DNA from: Promethearchaeota archaeon
GTDB lineage: Archaea > Asgardarchaeota > Lokiarchaeia > Sigyniarchaeales > SOKP01
Reading direction: 5' to 3'
Length of the DNA stretch: 64,000 bases
NCBI GenBank assembly: GCA_019057795.1
Contig: JAHLWS010000053.1
Span: 1 to 64,000 of the forward strand
The notes under the pieces were generated by a model. It saw only the letters and a program-made list of their open reading frames with translations, made no database searches and was not told the DNA's origin. Made by a program: the position numbers and the translations under genes. This document shows, one piece after another, positions 10,555 to 20,494 of this stretch. The first letter of the stretch is position 1, and every line of letters begins with the position of its first letter.

Positions 10555-11115
10555 TTGGAAAAAATTGAAGATCAATTAAAGGATTCGTTAAATCGGGTAA
10601 ATTTTATCTTTAAAAACGAGGAAATAACTACCGAATGTATAAATGCTTACGACGGTTTTTCAATATTAGGAGAAGCGTTCGGACCGTTCGAAAAAAGTAA
10701 AAAATACAAACTAAAGTATTTTGTAGCGCTTCCTTTTATAGAAAATAATATTATGAAGATTGCATCAAACGAAAAGTGCGATAATGTCGATGTTCAAAGA
10801 TACGCTATAAGTGAACGCGACGATCAGAGATTAATCCAACGAGACAATCCTTATTTTCTAAATAAAATAAAAGAATTTAAAACATTCATTGAAAAAGATG
10901 TATATGATAAAAATAAATCGAAGTTAGGTTTAGACCGATTTAAATCTTTTACCATAAATATTATCGATAGTAGGTTGTCAAAAATGCTAAGATTAGCGAG
11001 ATCAGAATTATCTGTAGATGATGAGCGTAAGTTAACTAACTCTGAAAAGTTGCTCTATAAAAAGCTAAACAAACTTATTAAAGTATGGAGAGCGTTCTTT
11101 TTAAGTTTTAAATAA
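10555..11115 (+). CDS. GINS subunit, Gins23 (Psf2/Psf3-like)
   Basis: N-terminal beta B-domain (FGPFE...LKYFVALPF) then helical A-domain ending RLSKML...LTNSEKLLY; 186 aa; near mcm. Confidence 0.7.
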   Translation: MEKIEDQLKDSLNRVNFIFKNEEITTECINAYDGFSILGEAFGPFEKSKKYKLKYFVALPFIENNIMKIASNEKCDNVDVQRYAISERDDQRLIQRDNPYFLNKIKEFKTFIEKDVYDKNKSKLGLDRFKSFTINIIDSRLSKMLRLARSELSVDDERKLTNSEKLLYKKLNKLIKVWRAFFLSFK

Positions 11116-11154
11116 ATTATGTAATAATTAATTTTTATTTGTATGAATTTTACG

Positions 11155-11829
11155 CTAAAATTTTATTTCTTTTGAACCATATTTCTTAAAATAATTTTTA
11201 ATATGACTTTTTATTGTTTCATTTGGGTTTAGATTTGGCAATAAATCTAAAGCATCGCTCATTGCAAAATATTGAATATTCTTTTGCTTAATAGCTTCTT
11301 CGACAGATATTCCATCGTCTCTTAATTCATTTCTGTTTGTTAATCCGATAGCGGCTATTATATTTACATTAAAAGCAAGCAATTTCTCAATTGTATTAAG
11401 TAAAGATCCTCCAGTAGTTGTAGTGTCTTCCACGATTATCACACTCCCTTTAGGAATTCCTAAAAAGAATTTATCTTTAGGGTCCCCGTGTTCTTTTGGT
11501 TTTGCTCTTCCCATGGATAGAATAAATTTGCCTGGTTTTAGATTATTATCACTAATCGCCCATTTATATTGAGTTATTACCCCTAGCTTTGTAGCCCCTT
11601 CTGGAACGCCATAAAAACAGTCTGGTTTAAGCCTTAGATGCTTAACATATGAAATAAGAAAATCAGTTAATATATCAAATAGAAACACATCTTCAGCTAT
11701 ATTTCTCCAATTTACATACCAATATGATTTTCTTCCAGACTTTAAAGTTATTGGCTCGTTAAAAAATCCTATTACATTGTTTTGGATGATAAAATCGTAA
11801 AACTTCTTTTTTTCTGATTCCCAACTCAT
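11155..11829 (-). CDS. pyrE: Orotate phosphoribosyltransferase
   Basis: TLKSGRKSYWY, KPKEHG, PRPP-binding IIVEDTTTTGGS. Confidence 0.85.
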   Translation of the reverse strand: MSWESEKKKFYDFIIQNNVIGFFNEPITLKSGRKSYWYVNWRNIAEDVFLFDILTDFLISYVKHLRLKPDCFYGVPEGATKLGVITQYKWAISDNNLKPGKFILSMGRAKPKEHGDPKDKFFLGIPKGSVIIVEDTTTTGGSLLNTIEKLLAFNVNIIAAIGLTNRNELRDDGISVEEAIKQKNIQYFAMSDALDLLPNLNPNETIKSHIKNYFKKYGSKEIKF

Positions 11830-11840
11830 AAAACATCAAA

Positions 11841-12359
11841 CTACTCTTTTAAAATCAAATACTCTTTTCGAGCGTTAGCATACTCTTCTCCACTTATCTT
11901 TCCGGCTAAGAATTCTTTTTCTCTTTCTTGCATAATTTTTCTTTTCTCAGCTAATCTCTTTCTTCTTTCTGCCTTTGCAAAACTTTCTAAAATTGATTTA
12001 CTAAGTTTTCTTATTTCCTTGTTATCCTTTTTTACCAGTTTCTCTACGTATGGCTTTATTGGTTTAACCAAATCAATTTTCTTTTTAGCTAATTCATCAA
12101 TTCTAACGAGTGCTTTATTTGTTTCTTCAAAATTATCACCATCAAGAACATTAATTAGCCCTGGAATAGCAACATCTTTAAGAACTTCTTCAAGATATTG
12201 CTCAATTTCTTTCTTTAATTTTGAACCTTCGTAAGTCTTTAATTGATTATTACGTATGTACTCAATAAAAATAAGAGGTAATTCTATTGGCCACTCCTTT
12301 ATTTTTTCTTTGTCTATTAATTGTACTATTCCACCATCTTTTTTGTAAAAAATTTTCAT
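11841..12359 (-). CDS. Hypothetical helical protein with a C-terminal SHOCT-like motif
   Basis: ATG at 12359 overlaps the top6A stop (TAATG); C-terminus FLAGKISGEEYANARKEYL. Confidence 0.6.
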   Translation of the reverse strand: MKIFYKKDGGIVQLIDKEKIKEWPIELPLIFIEYIRNNQLKTYEGSKLKKEIEQYLEEVLKDVAIPGLINVLDGDNFEETNKALVRIDELAKKKIDLVKPIKPYVEKLVKKDNKEIRKLSKSILESFAKAERRKRLAEKRKIMQEREKEFLAGKISGEEYANARKEYLILKE

Positions 12360-13552
12360 TATATCCAATCTCCTGTAGATAATTTTTCAGGTATGTATTG
12401 ATCGGTCAAGAATTCAAATCCAAACGCTGAAAGTGCTTGAATTTCGGCTTTTACCTTTAATTTCAGAGCTAATTTGAGATCTGTTTCCCACTCTTTATTT
12501 TTTTTAACAAAACCTTCATTTAACAACTCTTTAGTCCTTTTGATATCTGTTTGATTCATTGGAATTCTACAATCATTTGGAATTTTATATTTTTCCAAAT
12601 CTCTGGTGAGTACACCTAGGAGTTTTATATCAGGAGTGGCTAAAAAAGGCGACTCGTAACTTAATCGTTTAGACCCTCGTAAATAAACCGAATGAATATA
12701 ATGCCCATACGGATCACTGTCAACTAACGAAAAGACGGGTAATTTGAGTTCCTTACTAATTCTCCTTAAGAACATTCGTGTAGCGATGTCAGCAGCGCCC
12801 TTCGCTGTCAAAATTATACACGGGTATTTTCTCCAAAATCTAGCCTCTGCTAATCTTATCATCGCGGCATCTTTTTCTAAAACCAAAATAAATTCCGCAT
12901 CGGATTCAATTATTTCAATATTATCAAGCATGGGACTAATCGTCCAACCACCGCTCCCTAATCCTTCTAAATCAATAATATCATTTTTATCCCTAATTCG
13001 AAGGCGTCCTATACATGACCCTTTGGCTGAAGCAACTATATGTGTTGAATTTCTCGTTGTATAGAGCATTGTCGCGACATCTTCAATACATTTATCACTA
13101 TTTTTTTGATCCCCAAACAATTGAACTGCTGAATAAAAAATTTCTCTTTTTGTAGCGTGAAGGTCTTTAAGTAGTAATTCGTTAATTTTTTCGAGCACTT
13201 TCATTAATCTAGTAATATCAGCAACGCTAGCAAGCGAATGAAATTGTTTTTCCATTATTTGTCGTCCTAACAGCAATAAATCATTTTTTTCGTCCCAAAT
13301 AATATTTGCACTCGTTCTTGAAGGCAAGCGAATGGCGGGTCTTCCTGTTTCATAAATCATTTCAATAAGGGAATCTGTTAAATCGTTTATCCGATCTAAA
13401 GTTAATTCCCTATCTAATTCATCAATTTTAACTGTATGTTCAGGTAACTTGATTTGTTTTTTTTCATCTTCAAGACCCTTTTTTAAAGATTCTTGAAATA
13501 GTTTTTTTGTTGCCCTTATATCCCATTTTTCCTGTTTTATCTTACTTGACAC
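12359..13552 (-). CDS. top6A: DNA topoisomerase VI subunit A
   Basis: TKREIFY catalytic Tyr, VLEKDA, DSDPYG TOPRIM, KAEIQAL. Confidence 0.97.
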   Translation of the reverse strand: MSSKIKQEKWDIRATKKLFQESLKKGLEDEKKQIKLPEHTVKIDELDRELTLDRINDLTDSLIEMIYETGRPAIRLPSRTSANIIWDEKNDLLLLGRQIMEKQFHSLASVADITRLMKVLEKINELLLKDLHATKREIFYSAVQLFGDQKNSDKCIEDVATMLYTTRNSTHIVASAKGSCIGRLRIRDKNDIIDLEGLGSGGWTISPMLDNIEIIESDAEFILVLEKDAAMIRLAEARFWRKYPCIILTAKGAADIATRMFLRRISKELKLPVFSLVDSDPYGHYIHSVYLRGSKRLSYESPFLATPDIKLLGVLTRDLEKYKIPNDCRIPMNQTDIKRTKELLNEGFVKKNKEWETDLKLALKLKVKAEIQALSAFGFEFLTDQYIPEKLSTGDWI

Positions 13553-13562
13553 TTAAATCACT

Positions 13563-16500
13563 TCATTTTAACTTCCAATTTTTTTTATTTTTTATAGTAG
13601 AGACAACAATACTATTTTTGCGCTCTAACTCCTTTAATTTTATTTGTAAGAAGCGTGCATCCATCATTTCTTTTATTTTCATTTTAAAAATTAAAGAAGT
13701 AATCGGTTGCCATTCATCAGATAGAGCGTCCAGTATTTTCTCTGTTGTAATTATCGGCAATTCGATTTGAGTAGGTTCATGTTTAGGTATTGGAGCACGA
13801 ACTATGGGTTTCTTTATAGCGATAGGTTGAGTCGTCATTTCACCCCCGACTAACCGCAATTGTTTTCTTTTTTCTGTTACGACGCTTGTAATGACGGGTT
13901 TGAGTTTTATAGGCTCTTTTCTTTCCTTTACTGAAGGTATTATTACTTCTGGCTTTTCTTTTGTATAAAATTCTTGAATTTTTTTAATAATTTCTGATTT
14001 TCGCACCGTTGAAGATTTGGCTATTAAGATATCATTTTCTATGCAATATTCTTTGAGTTCATTAACGGTCCAGTTCCTAAGAGTTCTTTCTGAAAGAAAT
14101 TCTTTTCTTGGTTCTGCCTTCTTGGGGATATATTCTTTCTTATCAATTGTTTTCTCCCATTCAACGAACATTTTCTTCTGTTTTTCTTTTTCGATTTCTT
14201 CCTTTTTAATTGTTGGCTCTATCTCTTTAGAAATGCTAGGTATTTTTTTTACACCTATAGCATCTTTCATTAAAGTTTCTAATTCCGTTTCTGAAATTTT
14301 TTCTTTATATTTTCCATCACCTTGCATAGCGATGTTATAGAGGCTTTTGACGAATATTGGAATATATCTTTCAATTAAACCAGCTCTTTTTTCGATTTTT
14401 CGAATATTTGCTCTTCTATTAAGATATATTCTCAATCTTCTTCCAATAGCTTCGAGACAATATTTAATTTCTTTTAGAAGTTCTTCATCGTCAGCCAAAG
14501 CATTTTTACTCTGGCTCTTAAACATCAAATGAACGTAAGGACCAGAAATATTTATTAATAACTTTATTGGGCCTTTAGGTAAATTATTATCGTATGTTTC
14601 TAATTTATAATTCTTCCAATTAACTGATTGAACGGCTTTCGTAATTGCACAATCCGCAGAATCTCTTAATTTTGGCGTTCTATTAATAAATCTTGATAGA
14701 ACATCTCTAGAACGCTTAGGTGTATCAAGTTTTTTAGGATCATTACAATAAGCCAAAACAGCTTCAACAGCATATGCTAAACCCTTGCCGCTTGTTGGAG
14801 CTCTTGTTTCTGCAGAAATAAAATCGTCGTCCTTAGCGTAACTTTCAATAAAATATTCAAATATTTCTTGATATGAATCTTTTTGCACTTCTTCAGACGA
14901 TATCAAATTTTTTTGGATTGTTTGTCTAAATTTTTCCGGTTCGATAGAGCGATCTTTAATATCAATACTAGCTAATATTTTTGAGTTAAAAATTTTAACC
15001 TCTTCGGAATTTACAACAATTTTTTCTAAAGATTCGTCCTTTCCGGAGGAATAATTTTTAGCGTTCTCTTTTATTATTTCATCCCGCAATACCTCAATTG
15101 AATCTTTTATATCATCTATGGGATCATCAAAATCATCAATATTTTCAGATATTCTTAACCCAATTTCTTTTATTAATGTATTTTCTAATACGACATCACC
15201 TACAGGGATTGCTGTGTCTGTTGGGGGCGACATGTATTTAACTGATTTGAATGCGTGAAATAGAGAATTGAATTGCACATTAGTTAACTCAGAGGGTTTA
15301 GCTTTTGAAATTTGAACTTCTTTTACTAAATCTTCAAATTCGCTTCTATTTTTTAATTTTTTAACTTCTTTTATCCCTATAGAAGTATTGAAAATGGTAT
15401 TTAAACCATTTTTTATTTTTTCTTTTTTTTGTGAATTGTTCTCTAATTGTTTTAGTAAGTTACTAATATCTTTTTCGATTTGTTTCATATCTTTTTTCGT
15501 TTCAGATTTATCAATACGATGTCTATGTTTTTTTATTTCTCTATATATCTTTTCCAAATCTTTATCATATTGTTTATATGTTTTCATAAGTTCCCAATAT
15601 TTAGCCTTCAACCCTTCAGAATCAACTTGATAAATGATTAATTTATCTCTTGGTTTCGTAGAACGCCCAAATATTCTCTTTTCAAATTTAAGGAAATTAA
15701 TAGTATCAGTATTTTTCTCTAATTTGTTTACAAATCCATTATTAAGAATTAATAAAGATAAATTATCTTGTAAATTCCTTTCTGCGATCTTTAGAATTTC
15801 TTTAGCTAATTTGGGACTAATTCTTACAAAATTATCTTGTAAAAAAGCTGAAATCGTGAGATTTTCTGATTTTATTAAAAGATCTTGTAAATCACCAATA
15901 TTAGTAGATATGGGGTGTGGTTTTGCATATTTTGGCTGTTTAGGAAAATTCGAAACTACTCTTCTATAAATCCATTCTTCACCATAAGGATCAATAAAAA
16001 TAATTGTTACATGCGGATTCATTAAAGCAGTTTCCCTAATATATGTATCTACATAACCTCTAACATATTTTACGTTTAAGTAATTCAACTTAATATATGT
16101 CCCGTGTAAGAATGGGCTATCAACCTCCGTTGGGCGCACTAAATATCGTTTTTCATTTTTTGAAGTTGTAAAAAATTCTGACGCAGTAGCATAAATAGTA
16201 TCTTTAGACTTTGAAACTGCAACAATTGGTTTGCCGGTCGTGTTTTGGGCGTCACTGAACGCACTTGGAGCACCAAATCCTTGGCTTCCACGAGTTTGCT
16301 TTAATTCTAGACTTTTTGAAGAAGCTAGATATTTGCCAAACTTACCTAGATCTCTTTTGGTCATTCCAATACCATTATCAAACATTTCAAAAGTGTAACT
16401 CATGATATTTTTATGCGATAACTCAGAAGTTAAAAAGGCGGCGGCTTCAGATTCGCGGAGTCGGATTATTACAATTGGTTCGATATCAATAATTGGTTCT

Positions 16501-16979
16501 ACAGGTTTGATGATTTCATTCATGTCTTCAATAATCCTTTTTACTTCTTCCTCAACCTCTAATTCCTCTTTGTCGATAATTTCTCCGGATTCTTCTTCTT
16601 TATCTCTATCAACATCTACAAAAACTTCAGCATCAGAAGATATTGTAGGAACTATACCAACTTCTTGCATCAATGCATATTTAGCTGCGTTATTTAATGG
16701 CCGTTCCACCTCATCTTTTTTTGCTTCTTGAAGGATGGATAAATTTTCTAAAGATAATTCTTGATCAAGAGAGAATTGTATTTTTGAATCTTTATCTTTT
16801 ATTTCATTCCATTGGAAATCTTCAATAGCATCTAAACTGTTGTCTAAAAATTCTGAAATGTATTGCATATGTTTATAATAACCCATTGAGAAGCCCACAA
16901 GTTGTCCTCTCTTCCTCATAAACCCTGCAATTGTGCCTTGCTTTATTCTACCTTCATCCTCAGAGGAAATTTGAATCAC
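13563..16979 (-). CDS. top6B: DNA topoisomerase VI subunit B with large insertions and a C-terminal extension
   Basis: GHKL motifs EFLDNSLDA, DNGIG, QTRGSQGFG, HGT; transducer RFINRTP and FKSQSK; adjacent to top6A. Confidence 0.95.
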   Translation of the reverse strand: MIQISSEDEGRIKQGTIAGFMRKRGQLVGFSMGYYKHMQYISEFLDNSLDAIEDFQWNEIKDKDSKIQFSLDQELSLENLSILQEAKKDEVERPLNNAAKYALMQEVGIVPTISSDAEVFVDVDRDKEEESGEIIDKEELEVEEEVKRIIEDMNEIIKPVEPIIDIEPIVIIRLRESEAAAFLTSELSHKNIMSYTFEMFDNGIGMTKRDLGKFGKYLASSKSLELKQTRGSQGFGAPSAFSDAQNTTGKPIVAVSKSKDTIYATASEFFTTSKNEKRYLVRPTEVDSPFLHGTYIKLNYLNVKYVRGYVDTYIRETALMNPHVTIIFIDPYGEEWIYRRVVSNFPKQPKYAKPHPISTNIGDLQDLLIKSENLTISAFLQDNFVRISPKLAKEILKIAERNLQDNLSLLILNNGFVNKLEKNTDTINFLKFEKRIFGRSTKPRDKLIIYQVDSEGLKAKYWELMKTYKQYDKDLEKIYREIKKHRHRIDKSETKKDMKQIEKDISNLLKQLENNSQKKEKIKNGLNTIFNTSIGIKEVKKLKNRSEFEDLVKEVQISKAKPSELTNVQFNSLFHAFKSVKYMSPPTDTAIPVGDVVLENTLIKEIGLRISENIDDFDDPIDDIKDSIEVLRDEIIKENAKNYSSGKDESLEKIVVNSEEVKIFNSKILASIDIKDRSIEPEKFRQTIQKNLISSEEVQKDSYQEIFEYFIESYAKDDDFISAETRAPTSGKGLAYAVEAVLAYCNDPKKLDTPKRSRDVLSRFINRTPKLRDSADCAITKAVQSVNWKNYKLETYDNNLPKGPIKLLINISGPYVHLMFKSQSKNALADDEELLKEIKYCLEAIGRRLRIYLNRRANIRKIEKRAGLIERYIPIFVKSLYNIAMQGDGKYKEKISETELETLMKDAIGVKKIPSISKEIEPTIKKEEIEKEKQKKMFVEWEKTIDKKEYIPKKAEPRKEFLSERTLRNWTVNELKEYCIENDILIAKSSTVRKSEIIKKIQEFYTKEKPEVIIPSVKERKEPIKLKPVITSVVTEKRKQLRLVGGEMTTQPIAIKKPIVRAPIPKHEPTQIELPIITTEKILDALSDEWQPITSLIFKMKIKEMMDARFLQIKLKELERKNSIVVSTIKNKKNWKLK

Positions 16980-17180
16980 ATCTTTTCTTATTTTTATTTT
17001 AAAGATCTACATATTTATATATAGATTTATAAATACATTAACTAATATTAAACGAATATCCTAATTCTTTATTATTCAATCAATTTTTCTCAATGTATTC
17101 GGTCAATCATTTTGAACAGAAATTGAATTACTATTTAAATCTTTTCTTTAGGTGAAAAAATTTAAAAAGAAGGAGTAAGT

Positions 17181-18464
17181 TTATTTTGAAATTTCTCTGA
17201 TTCGGTAATTTTCTAAGGCTACATCAATTATTTTAGAGGCTACATATCTTTTAGTATGTTTTTCGATATGAGTTATGTGTTTTTCTTTATTTATTATGTA
17301 TACTTCATTATCTTTACTGTTGAACCCTATATCGTTTCGACCCACATCATTAGCAACTATTAAATCTGACTCAGATTTTAAAAGTCTATCGTAAGCGCGA
17401 TCAATTAGCTCACTTCGAGAAACATTTGTCTCCGCTTTAAATGCGATAATAAAAAGTTTGTAATCTTTCCTTCTTGCTATATCTAATATCTTAGGCGTTA
17501 ATTTCATATTTACATTTAATTCCTTTACGTTATCTGACGAGATTTTTCCTTCAATGAGGTCCACTGGCTTATAGTCGCTAATTGCTGCTGCTGAAATAAA
17601 GAAGTCGTAATTATAATTTGAAATTTCATCCTTTATGACTTTAATAAAATCATCTGCCGATTCCACATGATTGGTTTTTATATATTCTGGAATCTTCACC
17701 ATACATTCACCAGCAACTAATAATACATCCGCACCTCTAGCAGAGGCTTCTTTTGCTATTTCGATACCCATTCGACCTGAGGACTTATTTGATAAATACC
17801 GAACATTGTCTATTGCCTCGCGACTTGGTCCAGCGGTGATTAGTATTCTCTTTCCTTCAAGATCCTTTTTCGTAATTAATAAATCAATAACTCTATCTAA
17901 TATATCATCCACTTTTGCAATTTTAGCCTTTCCTTCAGATATTCGAGGCCCTAATACATCAATACCATACTTTTTCAAAACTGAGATATTTTTTTCGATT
18001 ATGGGATGATACATGCTTTCATGCATAGCAGGAACTACGACAATAGGGATAGATGAACCAAAAGCGGTTGAAACTATTGTTGTTACTGGGGTGTCGTCGA
18101 TACCGTTAGCGACTTTAGAAATTGAATTTGCTGTTGCTGGACAAACCAAAATTAAATCAGCTTTTCCGGCGGCATTAGGTCTATCACCCGCTAGAAAAAC
18201 ATGTTCAACTGATCCAGTTAAATGAGTAATTACAGGGTTTCCTGTAGCCCAATGCATTAAAGTTGGTTTTATTAACTCTGTAGCTGCTTTTGACATTACG
18301 GAAATTACATCCGCTCCTAAACGCATTAATTCTCTAGCAATTATTGGAGCGTTAATAATCGCAACCGAGCCAGTTAAACACATACATATAGTTTTTCCTC
18401 TTAAGATCGTTCCCTTGCTTTCTATAATGTCCTTGGATGGGTGCTGTAATCTGTCTTTTACCAT
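17181..18464 (-). CDS. coaBC: Phosphopantothenoylcysteine decarboxylase/ligase CoaBC
   Basis: TGSVA, PATAN, PAMHESM, TAGPSRE, RYLSNKSSGRMG, AAISDY, FKAE. Confidence 0.96.
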   Translation of the reverse strand: MVKDRLQHPSKDIIESKGTILRGKTICMCLTGSVAIINAPIIARELMRLGADVISVMSKAATELIKPTLMHWATGNPVITHLTGSVEHVFLAGDRPNAAGKADLILVCPATANSISKVANGIDDTPVTTIVSTAFGSSIPIVVVPAMHESMYHPIIEKNISVLKKYGIDVLGPRISEGKAKIAKVDDILDRVIDLLITKKDLEGKRILITAGPSREAIDNVRYLSNKSSGRMGIEIAKEASARGADVLLVAGECMVKIPEYIKTNHVESADDFIKVIKDEISNYNYDFFISAAAISDYKPVDLIEGKISSDNVKELNVNMKLTPKILDIARRKDYKLFIIAFKAETNVSRSELIDRAYDRLLKSESDLIVANDVGRNDIGFNSKDNEVYIINKEKHITHIEKHTKRYVASKIIDVALENYRIREISK

Positions 18465-18639
18465 TATTCAACGATTATTTTAATTTATTTACTTAATAAA
18501 GTCATATTTTCAATTTAAAAATATTGCAATCCTTTAACTCTTTTTGGATATTGGAAAATAAATTTTTGATTTAAGTCGTTAAGTTGGAAAGCTTTAACTA
18601 ACGACTGTAATAATATTTTAAAAAAGAAAGGAAAATATG

Positions 18640-18662
18640 TGATGCTTTTACAAAAAACATCA
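18640..18662 (-). terminator. Hairpin plus U-rich tract after micropeptide 1
   Basis: UGAUGUUUUU-UGU-AAAAGCAUCA followed by CAUAUUUUCCUUUCUUUUUU on the minus strand. Confidence 0.6.
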
Positions 18663-18664
18663 TT

Positions 18665-18694
18665 TTATGGCGTTGGGTCTGTTTGACCAGCCAT
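18665..18694 (-). CDS. 9-aa micropeptide MAGQTDPTP
   Basis: ATG GCT GGT CAA ACA GAC CCA ACG CCA TAA; SD-like AGTGAG 5 nt upstream; homologous to 18872-18901 and 32749-32778. Confidence 0.65.
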   Translation of the reverse strand: MAGQTDPTP

Positions 18695-18846
18695 TTTTTC
18701 TCACTTTGTTTGTTATGTGAATTGTATTTAACTAATTTTTTTTTTTAATTTTTGACCGAGATAAAACGACATATAATAAAACATATATTTATTTTACCAA
18801 AATTATATTTTTGAACTACTAATTTTAAAAAAGAAAAGAAAATATG

Positions 18847-18869
18847 TGACGCTTTTATAAAAAGCATCA
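18847..18869 (-). terminator. Hairpin plus U-rich tract after micropeptide 2
   Basis: UGAUGCUUUU-UAU-AAAAGCGUCA followed by CAUAUUUUCUUUUCUUUUUU. Confidence 0.6.
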
Positions 18870-18871
18870 TT

Positions 18872-18901
18872 TTATGGTACTGCGTCTGCTTCCCCAGGCA
18901 T
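18872..18901 (-). CDS. 9-aa micropeptide MPGEADAVP
   Basis: ATG CCT GGG GAA GCA GAC GCA GTA CCA TAA; AGTGAGAAAGG immediately upstream. Confidence 0.7.
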   Translation of the reverse strand: MPGEADAVP

Positions 18902-19054
18902 CCTTTCTCACTTTGTTTGTTACGTGAATTGTTTTTAACTAATTCTTTTTTTTAAATTTGAAATCGAATTGAAATGTTTATGTTAAGTTCTCTCAAAACA
19001 ATTTATTAATTGATTTATTTAAACTCCTAAAAAAAGAGAGAGAACTTTTATTTT

Positions 19055-20272
19055 TTAAAGTGCTAAATCGGAGGGGAGTATTGGCTTGATAAGCAAGTCT
19101 CGAAAATTCTTAATCGAAGGAAATTCCCCATATTTGTTTATTATGAGTCTGCTTCCAATATTATACGAGAAAGTAGGAGTTGACTGTACTGAATTTAAAA
19201 ATATTTTTATTCGATTTTTTATATTTTCTTGGCTATAGATTTCAAAACTGGTTGCGTATCGAATTAATTTTTCTTCGCTCCACCCGTCAATAAGAGCACG
19301 ATAAGCGAAATTATACCAGAAAAGCGATAGTTTTACTTTTACTTTGCTTTGCGCTATTAATGCTTCAATAGAGGATTCTTTTGACGAGTCTAGACAAAAT
19401 TCTCGTAAGCTAATTTCTGCTTGGTCTCGATAAGAAAAAAGCATATTAACTGCGATAGTCGCTATTCCTTCGCTAATTATTAACTTGGGCGAGTTTAGTA
19501 GCAGGATTGAGTGTTCAAATTGATTTAACTCGCGATATAGCCTTTGTTCTTTGGCAATAAATTCTGTATGATGGCCAGGGTATCCTTCGTGAGTGGCAGC
19601 AGACAAAAATAAGGTCCAATACATGTTATAATTCGGGTTAACTTCTATTCGGGAGCGAAAATTACCCAGGTACCAATTGTAATAAGTCCATTTAATTTTA
19701 TTATTGCTGTTATTTTTTACTAGCTCTATATTAATGTGCTCACTTTCAGGTAAGAGATCGACAAACACTTCTTTAGTTCGCTCTCTCGTGATGTTGAGAG
19801 CTTTCTTAAATATTCCAAAAACCTTACCTTCGGGAATCGTTCGCCGCACTCTTAAATCCTTCAAGAGTTCTTCTAGACTCCCAGAACTTCTGTATGCTTC
19901 GCGATACTCCTCTTTTAAGCTTTCCAATTCAGATTCATTTATGGGTCGCAAGGCTACATCATATAACCTTAAAAATTGTTCCTTAAAAGGTATTTCGACT
20001 CCGTTTAATATCTCGATCGAAGTCCTCATCGCCGTTAACATTTTTTCTAAATATCGTTCGCGTTTTTTATCGTAACCTTGTTTAAACAAATCTTTTTGTA
20101 GAGCTTTACAATCGATTAATAGTTTGTTTGGTGGGGTTAAAACCTCATTGTCAACGATTTTACGTAATTTTTTAGGACCAATATAAAAATCTACATATCC
20201 CTTATTGTGTTTGTCTATGCGAAGTGGTAAACGCAGAAATTTTTTTCCATATTCAGATAATTTCATAGGCAC
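19055..20272 (-). CDS. DUF885-like zinc metallopeptidase-fold protein, paralog 1
   Basis: HEGYPGHH plus downstream ISEGIA (gluzincin-like ligand pattern); homologous along its length to 32855-34051; no signal peptide. Confidence 0.8.
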   Translation of the reverse strand: MPMKLSEYGKKFLRLPLRIDKHNKGYVDFYIGPKKLRKIVDNEVLTPPNKLLIDCKALQKDLFKQGYDKKRERYLEKMLTAMRTSIEILNGVEIPFKEQFLRLYDVALRPINESELESLKEEYREAYRSSGSLEELLKDLRVRRTIPEGKVFGIFKKALNITRERTKEVFVDLLPESEHINIELVKNNSNNKIKWTYYNWYLGNFRSRIEVNPNYNMYWTLFLSAATHEGYPGHHTEFIAKEQRLYRELNQFEHSILLLNSPKLIISEGIATIAVNMLFSYRDQAEISLREFCLDSSKESSIEALIAQSKVKVKLSLFWYNFAYRALIDGWSEEKLIRYATSFEIYSQENIKNRIKIFLNSVQSTPTFSYNIGSRLIINKYGEFPSIKNFRDLLIKPILPSDLAL

Positions 20273-20494
20273 ACCCGGTAATTTCGTCTTTGAGTGCGTA
20301 AATTTAATATTTTATTTCAATAATCTAACACTAAAGATATTCGTCTACTAATATTAATATAAATAAGATATAAATAATTTTATTTAAGAATTGAGTTAAT
20401 AATTATAATTGATTATATTAAATTATTGGTTTATTCTATGGCCCGATCGCGTCTATGGCGAGTTACAATTTGAAGCGTAATAAAAATAATTAAT

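Larger units (their letters stand above)
18615..18748. repeat. About 134-bp direct repeat, copy 1 (micropeptide cassette)
   Basis: Aligns without gaps to 18822-18955 (period 207 bp). Confidence 0.95.
18822..18955. repeat. About 134-bp direct repeat, copy 2 (micropeptide cassette)
   Basis: Aligns without gaps to 18615-18748. Confidence 0.95.

Noticed and set aside
13563-16979. Inteins explaining the size of Top6B (also considered for SMC and MCM)
   Set aside because: No C/S...HN-C/S/T splice junctions or LAGLIDADG motifs seen; MCM is normal length
18615-18955. CRISPR array or MITE interpretation of the direct repeats
   Set aside because: Only two long units, the variable cores are homologous to each other, and there are no cas genes, terminal inverted repeats or target-site duplications
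20436-20472. GC-rich patch with CTATGGC repeated; possible fourth micropeptide
   Set aside because: Readings (MARSRLWRVTI on +, ...IDAIGP-stop without ATG on -) do not fit the M-x4-D-x2-P pattern and lack an SD
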